Positions 26,618 to 37,399 of a stretch of DNA of 64,000 nucleotides are shown one piece after another. The stretch lies in contig NC_081372.1 of NCBI RefSeq assembly GCF_030684315.1, positions 37,459,347 through 37,523,346 of the forward strand. Reading direction: 5' to 3'. Origin of the DNA: Stegostoma tigrinum (lineage: Eukaryota). The translations under genes and the position numbers were made by a program. The notes beneath the pieces were generated by a model. That model did no database searches. It saw only the letters and a program-made list of their open reading frames with translations, and had not been told where the DNA came from. How positions within the stretch are numbered: position 1 is the first letter of the stretch; each line of letters starts with the position of its first letter.

Positions 26618-26782
26618 GCAATCCGAAGGTTGAAGTTTGTAGAACTCCAGCAGCTCCCGATTTTATTCTATTCAAAGTTAGTTTAAAACATGTTGTTGGA
26701 TTTGCTGAGGATAATGTAGATATGCATATGCATTTCAAAATGTCACCGTTCAAAGTCAATGGAGACTGCTTGATGTGGAGTT

Positions 26783-27001
26783 AATGGGAACTGCAGATGC
26801 TGGAGAATCCGAGATAACAAAGTGTGAAGCTGGATGAACACAGCAGGTCAAGCAGCATCTTAGGGGCACAAAAGCTGACGTTTCAGGCCTAGACCCTTCA
26901 TCAGAGGGTTATGAAGGGTCTAGGCCCGATACGTCAGCTTTTGTGCTCCTGAGATGCTGCTTGGCCTGCAGTGTTCATCCAGTTTCACACTTTGTTATCT
27001 A
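26783..27001. mobile_element. PLE family A fold-back mini-insertion
   Basis: An inverted repeat of ~90 bp per arm centred on the hammerhead, plus tail. TSD tgatgtggagtt at 26771-26782 and 27002-27013. Confidence 0.88.
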
Positions 27002-27108
27002 TGATGTGGAGTTGCCTGTTTTGGACTTTGTCACTGCACCTGATGAAGGGGCTGCATTCCAAAAGCTTGTGTGATTCCAAAAACAAACCTGTTGGCCTAT
27101 AACCTGAT
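27002..27108 (+). mobile_element. PLE family C mini-insertion with hammerhead-like core
   Basis: gatgtggag tail, then cac-CTGATGA-aggggctgcattcc-aaaa-gc-tt-gtg, then aaacctgttggcctataacctg. Confidence 0.65.
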
Positions 27109-27415
27109 AGAGACTGGAGGAACAGGATCAGTACAAACGGATCACAGACATTACCACTGTGTCCTCAAAGAAGATACTGTACCAAAGTGTCACAATTATA
27201 AACGAATAGTGCAATTGGCAGCAATGGAATTCAATCCATGTCTCCAAAGAAAATGGAGCCTGAATCCACTGTCTTAGACTGCCCAGCCACATCACCACAT
27301 GGAAATATTATATCTTTGAAGTTCACTCCATTCGCCATAAATTGCAGGAGCTGCTGTCCACCTTTCACATTGTGATAGTCAGTATGCAACAGCTTGCTGC
27401 ACAAAAGCATGCAAG

Positions 27416-27464
27416 GACTTGCAAAGCTCCTTAATTGACTTGCAAAGCTCCTTAATTGACTTGC
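27416..27464. repeat. 21-bp tandem duplication
   Basis: gacttgcaaagctccttaatt x2.3, perfect. Confidence 0.95.
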
Positions 27465-27699
27465 TGGTTGTATTAGAATCCTGTTTGGCAGAAGTTCAGT
27501 CTAATCTCCAGGTTAGTTAAGTTGACATGGGGCTTGGTTTACAATCTGTTCTCACTGTCAGTTTGTTTGGCACAGGAGCAACAACAGAATCTGCATGGAG
27601 TGTGTTTGTTTTACTGACATTAGAGATGGCTTGTAACCTAAATCTCGTGAGGAACTAAAACCATCTGTACTGACTCCAGCTAGGTATTTGGCCATCAGT

Positions 27700-30600
27700 G
27701 TGGTTGTGTTCTACAGAATGCACAAGAAGACTACTTTGCACTGGCAACACATACTTTTACATGCAAGTTGTAGCCTGGAAAAATGGAGAATGATGATAGA
27801 GGCACTAAGTTGCTTTCCATCGCATGACTGACTAATTCTCCTGCTTTTACCAAATGCCTCATGTATGTGTTGGTGAGATTTCAGTTTAATAATCAACTTG
27901 TAAGGCCACACTGCATATATATCTTCCTTCATCTTTGGTATAAATTTGCTTCCAGCAGGATATTTTGCCTGATGCGGTAATGCTTATGTCATCTCCTGTT
28001 GCTATCACTCACTATCCCCACAGATTCATCATCAATGGAGTTTTTACCTCATTCTCTTTATGCAAGTTTATTGTGCCATACGTTGATCTGAGCTGGTTTC
28101 TGTTCCTGCACAATGCAGCACCACGACTAGTAATTACTTTGTATGATCTATGTTGATCACATACTTGAGAAACCTTTACTGATATGCCCGTATCTGTAAT
28201 CCTAAGCCTGTGCAAATTTGATAGTTCTCTACTTGCTTGCATATCATGTATCTGTCTTATTTTTCTCTGTCTGTGAAGAAGAATGGCCTGTGTCTCGTAA
28301 TAGTTAGACAACTCTTGTTGGGCACAGTTGTTCATACGCACCTGATAAGTTTTTTTTGTGGATAGTAACCCTTTTCCCAATGGTGTTGCATGAAATTGTG
28401 GCAATAAAATGTGAAAACCATGCTTTTTTGCTTGTTGTGTACTGATTATTGGTTTAATATTATGTTAAATATGTTCTGGTAGAGCATTTGAGCATGAACA
28501 GTGGGGTAACAAGGTGTCATAGACCACTGAAAACTTGGTACAGGTTTCTTGAAACAGATTGCTATTTTAGTGAAGTTTGTCATCAGATACTAAATGATCT
28601 GGGATAATGCTCATTGTGTTAGTGACGATTGTGCTCATTATCAAACAATGGGAAATCTATTCAACCTTACAAGAATGTAATCTTCTTTATGCACAGTAAA
28701 TAGGTCTATAGCTACTTTTGTTCAAAGGTTGGATTATACACTGGGTAATTGTAAAGATTACTCTATTGCTGGGATTGATTATGGGTTTCGAAATGTCTCA
28801 CAATAATTCATGAGTTATTGAATGTTCTGATTCATCCATGGCCAGTACAAAGATTCATGTGTTTACTGTCATATATGTTCAATACTCATGTGTTCCTGGT
28901 GTGACATGGACATGATATTTTGGCAGAATGGTTTTGCTATGAGGATTATTTTGTCCCTTGAATTTGACTCATCATGATGTACAAAGTTCAATTCTGTATA
29001 ACCAAAGTGAACAAATTTTCCCAAACACCTTTATTTTATATTGTCAGGCTACCCCTGATAACTGACTTTTGCAACTTTTGTTGTTACTCATCATCAGCAG
29101 TTGCCAATTGCAACTGCTCATACTGGTTCCAGCCAACGTGTAAGAGTTCAGCCTTTGAGAAGGTTTTTAAGACCATCAACCCACAGCTCAAGATGATTAT
29201 GTTAGCCTTTTATTAACTTTGGTAATATACTCAGTATGTAAGATGTAGTCATTATGGTTTTTGGCTTGTATTTCATGTCAAAGTAACATACTCACACCTT
29301 GAGAAATAGACACTGCAACATGGCAGTTTATTCATTAGCAGTTTGCGGAAGATTATTTCCAATGATCTATCTCAGTGGACAATTTCCTGCCAAATGAGAA
29401 AGTGTGAAATGACACAATGCCAAATCCAGAGCTAATATTTCATGTTTAAAGTTGGAATAGTTTGCTTGCGCAGATGATAGGGCTTTTGAACCATGAACAA
29501 TAAACTTTTAAACTTTCAGAAGATGCAGAACTGCACATTTTTGTGTTGCATCCCCTTCCAGAATTGTGTCTTTCTTGGTTCACAATATTGCAGTAAGCAA
29601 ATCTTTTCTGTCAGAACTTGCTTGAGAGGTGAATTGAAGATGTCTTGGTGACCATCTTGTCACATGTAGGGAAAGACCTCTTTGAGTAAAACTCTCAGCA
29701 AAGATATCATTTCCACCAAATTGGGAATATGTGGTGTGAGAAAGTACCCAAGGAAACAATGATGACGTTCTTTATCCTGTGGGGTTGGCATTCTCAATCT
29801 TGCCTGGATTGGTTTTGACTTGTGGCAGATGAAATTGACCCAAAAGAGTGTATGTACCTTTCATTGACCTGGCAGTTTGTGCTTTTAAATGTCAATCTGT
29901 CATTATGTTTCTGCCATTAGTGGGTGAGGATTGTCATCATGCTCTGCCTTTGTCTTACCCAGAACTGAGATATTGTTAGCTATGCAAACATAGATAGATA
30001 CGTTTTCCATAATCCTACCTGTGTGTAGTTGAAATATGTTTTGGCTAATTAATAGTCCAAATCCTAACTGCCTACACTGCCATACAAATGGTATCTAAAT
30101 GTTGTAAGCTCCTGCGATTCCTCTGCTCGATGAAAAGAACAGTACCATTGTCTCACATCCAGTTTAGAAAATAACTTTGCTCTGAAAGATTATCTTACAG
30201 CATCTGTACTTTATATGGGTACATTTCACATCCTTGGAGATTAGATATATGAGATTTCATCATCCTTAAGATGCAAACCTCTATCACCTCTAAAATTGAT
30301 AATCACCTCACATTAGTCCAGGTATAGGTGATTGAGATTGTCAATTGATTTGATTGCATTACTCCTGGTCTGTTCCAGCATATTAGTTGCAGCTTCTTAT
30401 GAATCTCACAAACTGTAATTACATCCCCAAGATCTCCGATAACTGCTGAGGCATTGGTATCTACCTGTGAGAAGACTTCAGAAAGCTTGTATATTGGCAC
30501 TACAGTGTGATACCGACAAAGCATAGAGTTGGTGATCTGTTATGCACTGTGAGATGGTCTCTAGTATGCCATAAAATAGAATGCCACTTGCCGAGATATA

Positions 30601-32450
30601 TCTCTTTCAGGATGCACAGCAGTAATACGTTGGCACTAGCTCTTGTGTTGACTTTAGTTTTTAGGGTGTATTGTGCAGCCTTTTCAGAACATATGATATT
30701 GATGGCTGTAAAGCTTCTAATCACCTGACACCATCAACACAATTTGCAAGTTCACAATACTGAAAGCTTGGACAACTTCAGAAAGTTGTCCTTTGCATGA
30801 TGATTCAGAATCTCATTGATTTGTTTTCAGCTGAGCACCTTCACAATCCTTCCTTTGTTGTAGTATTATACCAACAAGACTGGTAGTCCGTGTTTGTTCG
30901 GATGTATCCTGTGGCATATGGAACCTGATTCCAGGCATGTATGCCCAAAGGCCTTTGGTGTGCATGCATCACAGATATCAAAAAACAGCTTGGGTAGTTG
31001 TAACAAATCACATTTGTTAAAGATTTTGTTAGTTTGGTGCACTTTGCTACCATAACATTAGTGCTGGCTGTACTGAAATCATATATTTTTCTTTACCTTG
31101 CCACAATGCCTTTGGACTTGCATTCATTCTCAACTTATGTGTCAATAATACACCACATTTTGTTCAAAAATCCATCCTAAAGACTTTACTTAATATAGAT
31201 GGATTATTACCTACTCAATAAGTGTCTTTGATGGTTCCTGTTTGGAAAAGTTACACTCATGCCTTTTGCTGTGCCATCTGCTAACAAATTGGTCAATTGC
31301 TTTTAGTGCTGCGGTCTGCTTGATATGAGTTGGAATATGTTAATTATTTTTATTTCTTATCTTGAGCTTATTTTTGAAACATTTCCATGTCTTTTTTGGA
31401 GCTTTCTGATTTTCCTTGGAAAGACCAGATGTATTAATTCTGTGAAACCGCTCCTTGCTGATGACATGCAAGACATTCAAAGTTCTTTTTTTTGTTTTGG
31501 GAACATCTGTCACTTGACCTTAAAATAGAACTGCATGTATTGTCTGAGAAGTTCTAATCCAATAAGAGTGCCATTTGATGCTAGGTCAGAATTTTGCTAT
31601 CTATGATTCCAGTTTAAAAATGTTGCACTGTCCAACTTAGCTGTGTGTCCCCAACTTTGTGTCAATGTAGCTTTATACGCTTGTCCTTCTGACCTTGATC
31701 CCATTTACTACGTCTGCTACATTAGCTTTGGTCCCTTTAAAATTGTTGCTTTCCTAAAAAAAAGATGCTGTAGGCTTATAGTTTGAGGACTGTGGGCTTA
31801 TAATATCAGGTATCTGCCCATATGTATTGGTCATGTCAAATAAGGAGTGATGAACTTACATGGGCTTTTATGTTATTTTCATGATGATCTTAGAAAAAGA
31901 AAATGGAAAATTGACTGGTGTCTGGCCACAGGTAAGACTTCTTAATATAGAAAACAGCTTTTTAAAGAAGTGCTTCTTTTCCACGTGAGTTTAGTAGCTG
32001 TGCTTTCAGTTTTGCATAATTGCCCTTATATAAAATAAAATCAGCAGCTTGTTGTAATTGTTTCTTTCTCTGCTTTAGCCCTTAAGTTTTGATTATTATT
32101 TGCAATTAAGCCGAGCACACTTCAAAAAAATCTTGTATATTTGAAAGAACTTGCAATTTAATCAAAAAGAAGTTAGTTCTATCTTGGTGGTCAATGCTCT
32201 AACTTACAGATACATACAGCCATCTGCAATCAAAGAAACTGACGGTGGTATTTGTCAAACCCCTTAATGTTCAGATGTGTTGTCTAGTTGCTATTCAATT
32301 ATTTTTCGAAAGTTCTGTCACCAAGACGTTGAAATCTTGATATCAACTAAGGTGAGATTTTGCCTTTCATATGGTATTTTTCCTGATGTGGCAATGCTTA
32401 TGCTATCTTCCATGATATGAGAAACTTGGCATGGATATTATGTATTAAAG
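27700..32450 (-). mobile_element. Old Ty3/Gypsy internal region (gag-PR-RT-RH-INT), heavily decayed
   Basis: Manual minus translation: FSKLDVRQWY..ESQELTTF, FGLLISQNIFQ, VCIANNISVLGKTKAEHD (decayed xADD); GSKALSSAQANYSN (RH); HQEHMSIE..ESLYWPWM and IIPDHLVSDD (INT). No LTR pair recognised. Confidence 0.85.
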
Positions 32451-32629
32451 ATGCCAAACAGCTGTTTATTATACCTAACTATATAACAAAAGTAGTATGT
32501 CTATAGGCACATAAATGCCTGGGCTAATATGAAGCTAGTAAGTTACAAACAGCAACATTTTTCCAGTAGCACGCCTTGTTTTGTGGCTGCGGGAAAAATG
32601 AAGTGTGAGACCTTTAATTTTTGATCTGA

Positions 32630-32965
32630 TGACTTTGATTTATTATTGTCACATGTACTGAGAGACAGTGAAAAGTATAGTTTTGCCTGCTAACCAGACG
32701 AATTTATACTTTACATAAATACAACAGGGTAAGGGAGTAGAATGCAGAATATGATGTTCCAGCCACAGAGAAGGTACAAAGAAAGATCTCATAAATAAGA
32801 GGTCCATTTTTAAGTCTGATAACAGCAGGAAAGTAGCTGCTCTTGAATTTGTTGGTACGTGTTTTCAAACTTTTATATCTTCTGCCTGATGGAAGAGGAT
32901 GGAAGAGAGTATAACTGGGGTGGGAAGGGTTTTGATTATGTTGGTTGCTTTCCCAAGGCAGCAGA
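32630..32965 (-). mobile_element. Rex1/Babar 3' fragment
   Basis: Homologous to 8560-8880 (tttgatttattatt...gaggtccatt...ataacagcagg). Confidence 0.75.
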
Positions 32966-33047
32966 TAACTTGCTTTTTACGATAATGATACCATGAGCAT
33001 ATCACTTATAGGAACATTGACATACTGAGCGGAAGATAGAACACAAG

Positions 33048-34922
33048 GAGCTGAATCTTACAGAAAATGGCTGTGTTGTTTTCAAGTTTCATGAAGGTAT
33101 GTTCTCTCTTTGCAAGGCCTAGACAGCTTCCTCATGCTATCATCCCAAACCTGGCAGTTAATAATATATAATGTCCTATGCACCCCTCTCGTCTCGTGTT
33201 CACTTGATTCCCCTACTCAACTTAGGCAGAAGTACTTGTCGCTGCTCAGACATCCCAAGATTCTTGACCTAGAACTATGTTTAAACAGTTGTTGTGACAA
33301 CTGCACGGTTTGTGACATTTGTGTCTGACAGTAGATAAGGGGAAATTAGCGCTCTCCTTTGTGGATAGGGATCTGAATGTCCTGATGAATAAGATGGTGC
33401 AAAGGAGGAATGTGTTCTTCTTCTACGACCACCAGAGAAGGCCATGACATTAGCACCTGCCAGCCGGGTCTAAGATTGCCATATGGATTATTGCAGTCTT
33501 ATCCACTCGGAGGATTGGCCAACCGTGTAGGAAAAGGTCAATGACGTCTTCCATTCTACCAGAGTAAGTACCACTACCTTTTCTCTGCTACCTCACATTC
33601 ATTCAACTGGTACTACACACTCCTCCCACCAAAGCACATGCTCTACCACTATCACCATTGCACATAATATCTTCCCAACTTCAATCTCACCCAATACAAA
33701 CTTGTACTCCTGCCTGTCCGCTGTGCTACCTACTCCTTCATTCAGGACACCTCACCACCTTTTCCACATCTGCAACAGCAATAACAACACTTTCAACTCA
33801 CCCAAACCCTTAATTTATTTTTTATTCCAGGAGAAAATAGCATACAAGAAGGCAGAGAGCAGCCAAGACAGGTGGTGGTGTGTCTGACATTCAGCTCCTA
33901 ATCCGTCATGGCCGACTGACCACGGTCAAGCCCAGATGGATATCAGAGTCTGACCTTAGCTTACTGTGTTGGGATTCTTTCAGTGAAGGTTGTTTCCCTT
34001 GACTTTACCGAAGATGACTCCCCTCTGACTATGGGACATGGCCATTTGATTGAAGCATATGCCACATATTTCACTCATATGTGACTGGTAGATGGTGAAA
34101 GTGTGAGATTGATCTACCACGGTGATATGCAGCAACATGTCCACACCCTTGACTCTTCATTGCCAGCAACCATGACAAGCTGACTGGCTTTGGATCTACA
34201 CTAAAACGCAAAGCAAGGCAAGACAGACGTAGCATTGAAGTAGGCTTAAGGTGAGTAGTACTAAGGGTGCAAACAAACAACCATGACACGCAATCTGGTA
34301 GGATCCATGAGCCGGGTGTCTGATTCTGTACACTCAACGTTCTTGTAGTAGCATTGCATTGATAAATGCCGATGTGCTCCAAAGTGCAGCATTAAAGTGC
34401 AGAAGTGTACTGAATGTGGATAGGAGATATGACATAATAATGCAGAGAGGCCTGTATGTGTTAGCTGCCAATGTTTATGGGTGAGCTTTTCCAGAAACTT
34501 CTCTTTTAGTCCTATGGATGTAGGGTTGTGTGCTTTCTGGTCATGGAGTGTGACATGAGATGTTGATGCCAGGTATCTATAATGGATGGCCAGAAGAGCT
34601 AGCAGTAACTTCAAATCACCAAATAACCATTCTGAGTTACATGTCTGAAATTCTATGTAGCTAGTTTTGATTTGTCAGGTGTAAAAATCAGATAGTGTAT
34701 TTTTATGAGGCGAGAATCATGAGGGTGATAATGAGCAACAATCCCTGATAGCAAGCTTCTCGCTACTAACTAGTAAGAACGTCTTTTTGGCCTCTGTGAT
34801 TTGATTGGAAAATGTTACTTTTTGGTCTTGAACATTGAGAAAGGCTTCGCTCAACATCTCACTTAAATTTCCCAAATTCATCACCGTAACCCACGTTACT
34901 TAGGATTTGGGAAGATTCCATC
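33048..34922 (+). mobile_element. PIF/Harbinger-derived element with decayed Myb/SANT gene
   Basis: GKLALSFVDRDLNVLMNKMVQRRNVFF...STRRIGQPCRK, GT donor at 33564, AG acceptor at 33830, then EKIAYKK..AKTGGG. TIR-like ends gctgaatcttac / ggaagattccatc. Confidence 0.7.
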
Positions 34923-35003
34923 AAATGGCTGGGATTTGAACCCAGAGCTTCTTTCTCAGTGGCAGTAAGCTAACTACTCCACTGCAAAATTGCCTGTCAT
35001 GGT

Positions 35004-36225
35004 GATAATGGGAACTGAAGATGCTGGAGAATCCAAGATAATAAAGTGTGAAGCTGGACGAACACAGCAGGCCAAGCAGCATCTCGGGAGCACAAAAGCT
35101 GACATTTCGGGCCTAGACCCTTCATCAGAGAGGGGGATGGGGTGAGGGTTCTGGAATAAATAGGGAGAGAGGGGGAGGCGGACCGAAGATGGAGAGAAAA
35201 GAAGATAGGTAGAGAGGAGAGTATAGGTAGGGCGGTAGGGAGGGGATAGGTCAGTCCAGGGCAGACGGGCAGGTCAAGGAGGTGGGATGAGGTTAGTAGG
35301 TAGGAAATGGAGGTGCGGCTTGGGGTGGGAGGAAGGGATGGGTGAGAGGAAGAACAGGTTAGGGGAGCAGAGACAGGCACGGCTGGTTTTGGGATGCAGT
35401 GGAGGGAGGGAAAGAGCTGGGCTGGTTGTGTGGTGCAGTGGGGGGAGGGGATGAACTGGGCTGGTTCAGCAGAGGTTCACCTGCACATCTGCCAATGTGG
35501 TATACGGTATCCATTGTGCCCGGTGTGGCTTCCTCTACATTGGGGAAACCAAGCGGAGGCTTGGGGACCACTTTGCAGAACACCGCCACTTGGGTCGCAA
35601 CAAACAACTACACCTCCCAGTCGCAAACCATTTCCACTCCACCTCCCATTCTTTAGATGACATGTCCATCATGGGCCTCCTGCAGTGCCAAAATGATGCC
35701 ACCTGAAGGTTGCAGGAACAGCAACTCATATTCCGCTTGGGAACCCTGCAGCCCAATGGTATCAATGTGGACTTCACCAGCTTCAATATCTCCCCTACCC
35801 CACCGCATCCCAAAACTAGCCCAGTTCGTCCCCTCCCCCCACTGCACCACATAACCAGCCCAGCTCTTCTCCTCCCCCCACTGCATCCCAAAACCAGCCC
35901 AGCCTGTCTCTGCCTCCCTAACCTGTTCTTCCTCTCACCCATCCCTTCCTCCCACCCCAAGCCGCACCTCCATTTCCTACCTACTAACCTCATCCCGCCT
36001 CCTTGACCTGTCCGTCTTCCCTGGACTGACCTATCCCCTCCCTACCTCCCCACCTATCTTCTTTTCTCTCCATCTTTGGTCCGCCTCCCCCTCTCTCCCT
36101 ATTTATTCCAGAACCCTCGCCCCATCCCCTTCTCTGATGAAGGGTCCAGGCCCGAAACATCAGCTTTTGTGCTCCTGAGATGCTGCTGGGCCTGCTGTGT
36201 TCATCCAGCTTCACACTTTATTATC
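35004..36225. mobile_element. PLE family A insertion with inverted pseudo-LTRs and GIY-YIG
   Basis: Minus arm 35004-35467 and plus arm 35468-36225 (VYGIHCARCGFLYIGETKRRLGDHFAEH). TSD ttgcctgtcatggt at 34990-35003 and 36226-36239. Confidence 0.92.
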
Positions 36226-36655
36226 TTGCCTGTCATGGTTGTTTGTTTGCACCCATAGCACACAAAATCTTCAGGTGGACTATCCTGTCAAACTAATAGA
36301 CCATTGATTTTTAATCTCTTTCAACACGTTAATTCAACATTGACATCAACCCAAAGTCAGCAGCAAATTGAATAAAGTCATCTAAGTGTCCACAGAGGCA
36401 AGACACACCCTCACAGAGAAAGTAGCTGATAAACAAATTTAAATGATAGTAAAATTCTGAGCAACTTGAGTTGTCTTTGACAAAACTATTATGTCCCAAT
36501 CTGACTGTCAAGGATACAGAATAAGCAGTAACTTGTACAACTGAACTGCTGAATAAACTGATTCTTTTCTACCCTGTATTGTTGAATTGTTTATTTTATT
36601 ATCCCTTATTTTTTCAAGCTGATAATAATTCTCCTTTCTTTACTTATTTCCCCAG

Positions 36656-36747
36656 ATGAGTCCTACACTGGTGATAAAATCATCCTTTCTACGTCTAAGT
36701 CTTACAACGAAAGTGGCTGCATAGAGCTGCCAGGGGCTCAACTTTAA
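36656..36747 (+). CDS. Candidate terminal coding exon of the same unidentified host gene ((D)ESYTGDKIILSTSKSYNESGCIELPGAQL*)
   Basis: Very strong acceptor (ttctcctttctttacttatttccccag). Phase 1 matches the 7762-7823 exon. TAA at 36745-36747, followed by unique AT-rich UTR-like sequence. Confidence 0.5.
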
Positions 36748-37399
36748 GCCACTTGTGACAAATGACTGTTATGCAAACTGATCGTTTTCACTGAACATTG
36801 TAGAGTGTAGCTTGTAGCCTGCGTGATGCTTGGAATCCTCTTTAAATTCCTCAAATGGATCACACAGCATCTGTTAGTGAATTAAAATCTCTGGGAACTG
36901 TGCACAACCATGACGATACCAGAACTAACTGTTTGCCAAACTGCAAATTGCACGCCTGCTGATGAAACAGATTTTTGTATTGGGTGCCAATCTTTACACT
37001 GCTACCTGGTAGCTGTAGAATGTATAAACATTGATTTACTTCTGTCCCCACGTCAATTAAAAGAATTATTAAATGTGGCTCAATTCCAGGATTTCCAATG
37101 CACTTATGAAATATGACATAACTAAACAAAAAAATCTCAAAATATCCCAATTAAGATTGGCATAAAAAAGAACATCAGAAACCAGTTTTCACAGTTTCTA
37201 TGGAAAAATTCTCAGACCTTTTCTCAGGTGATACACACTGATTTTAACTTAAACTTCCACCTTACTCCTTAAATATTTAATTGTTTTCTTGTCAAAAGCA
37301 TGATCTGAAGATTGCACCAATCATGTCAGGATGTGTGTTTGCAAGCTTCAATAATGGCTATGATCATATGATTCATTAAATTGCTTCACAGCCAAAGTG

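Noticed and set aside
27416-27464. Short direct repeats (CRISPR-like?)
   Set aside because: Simple tandem duplication without spacers, in a eukaryotic context.
27700-32450. Suspected endogenous virus in long AT-rich unique sequence
   Set aside because: Resolved as decayed Gypsy gag-pol; no viral hallmark motifs recognised.
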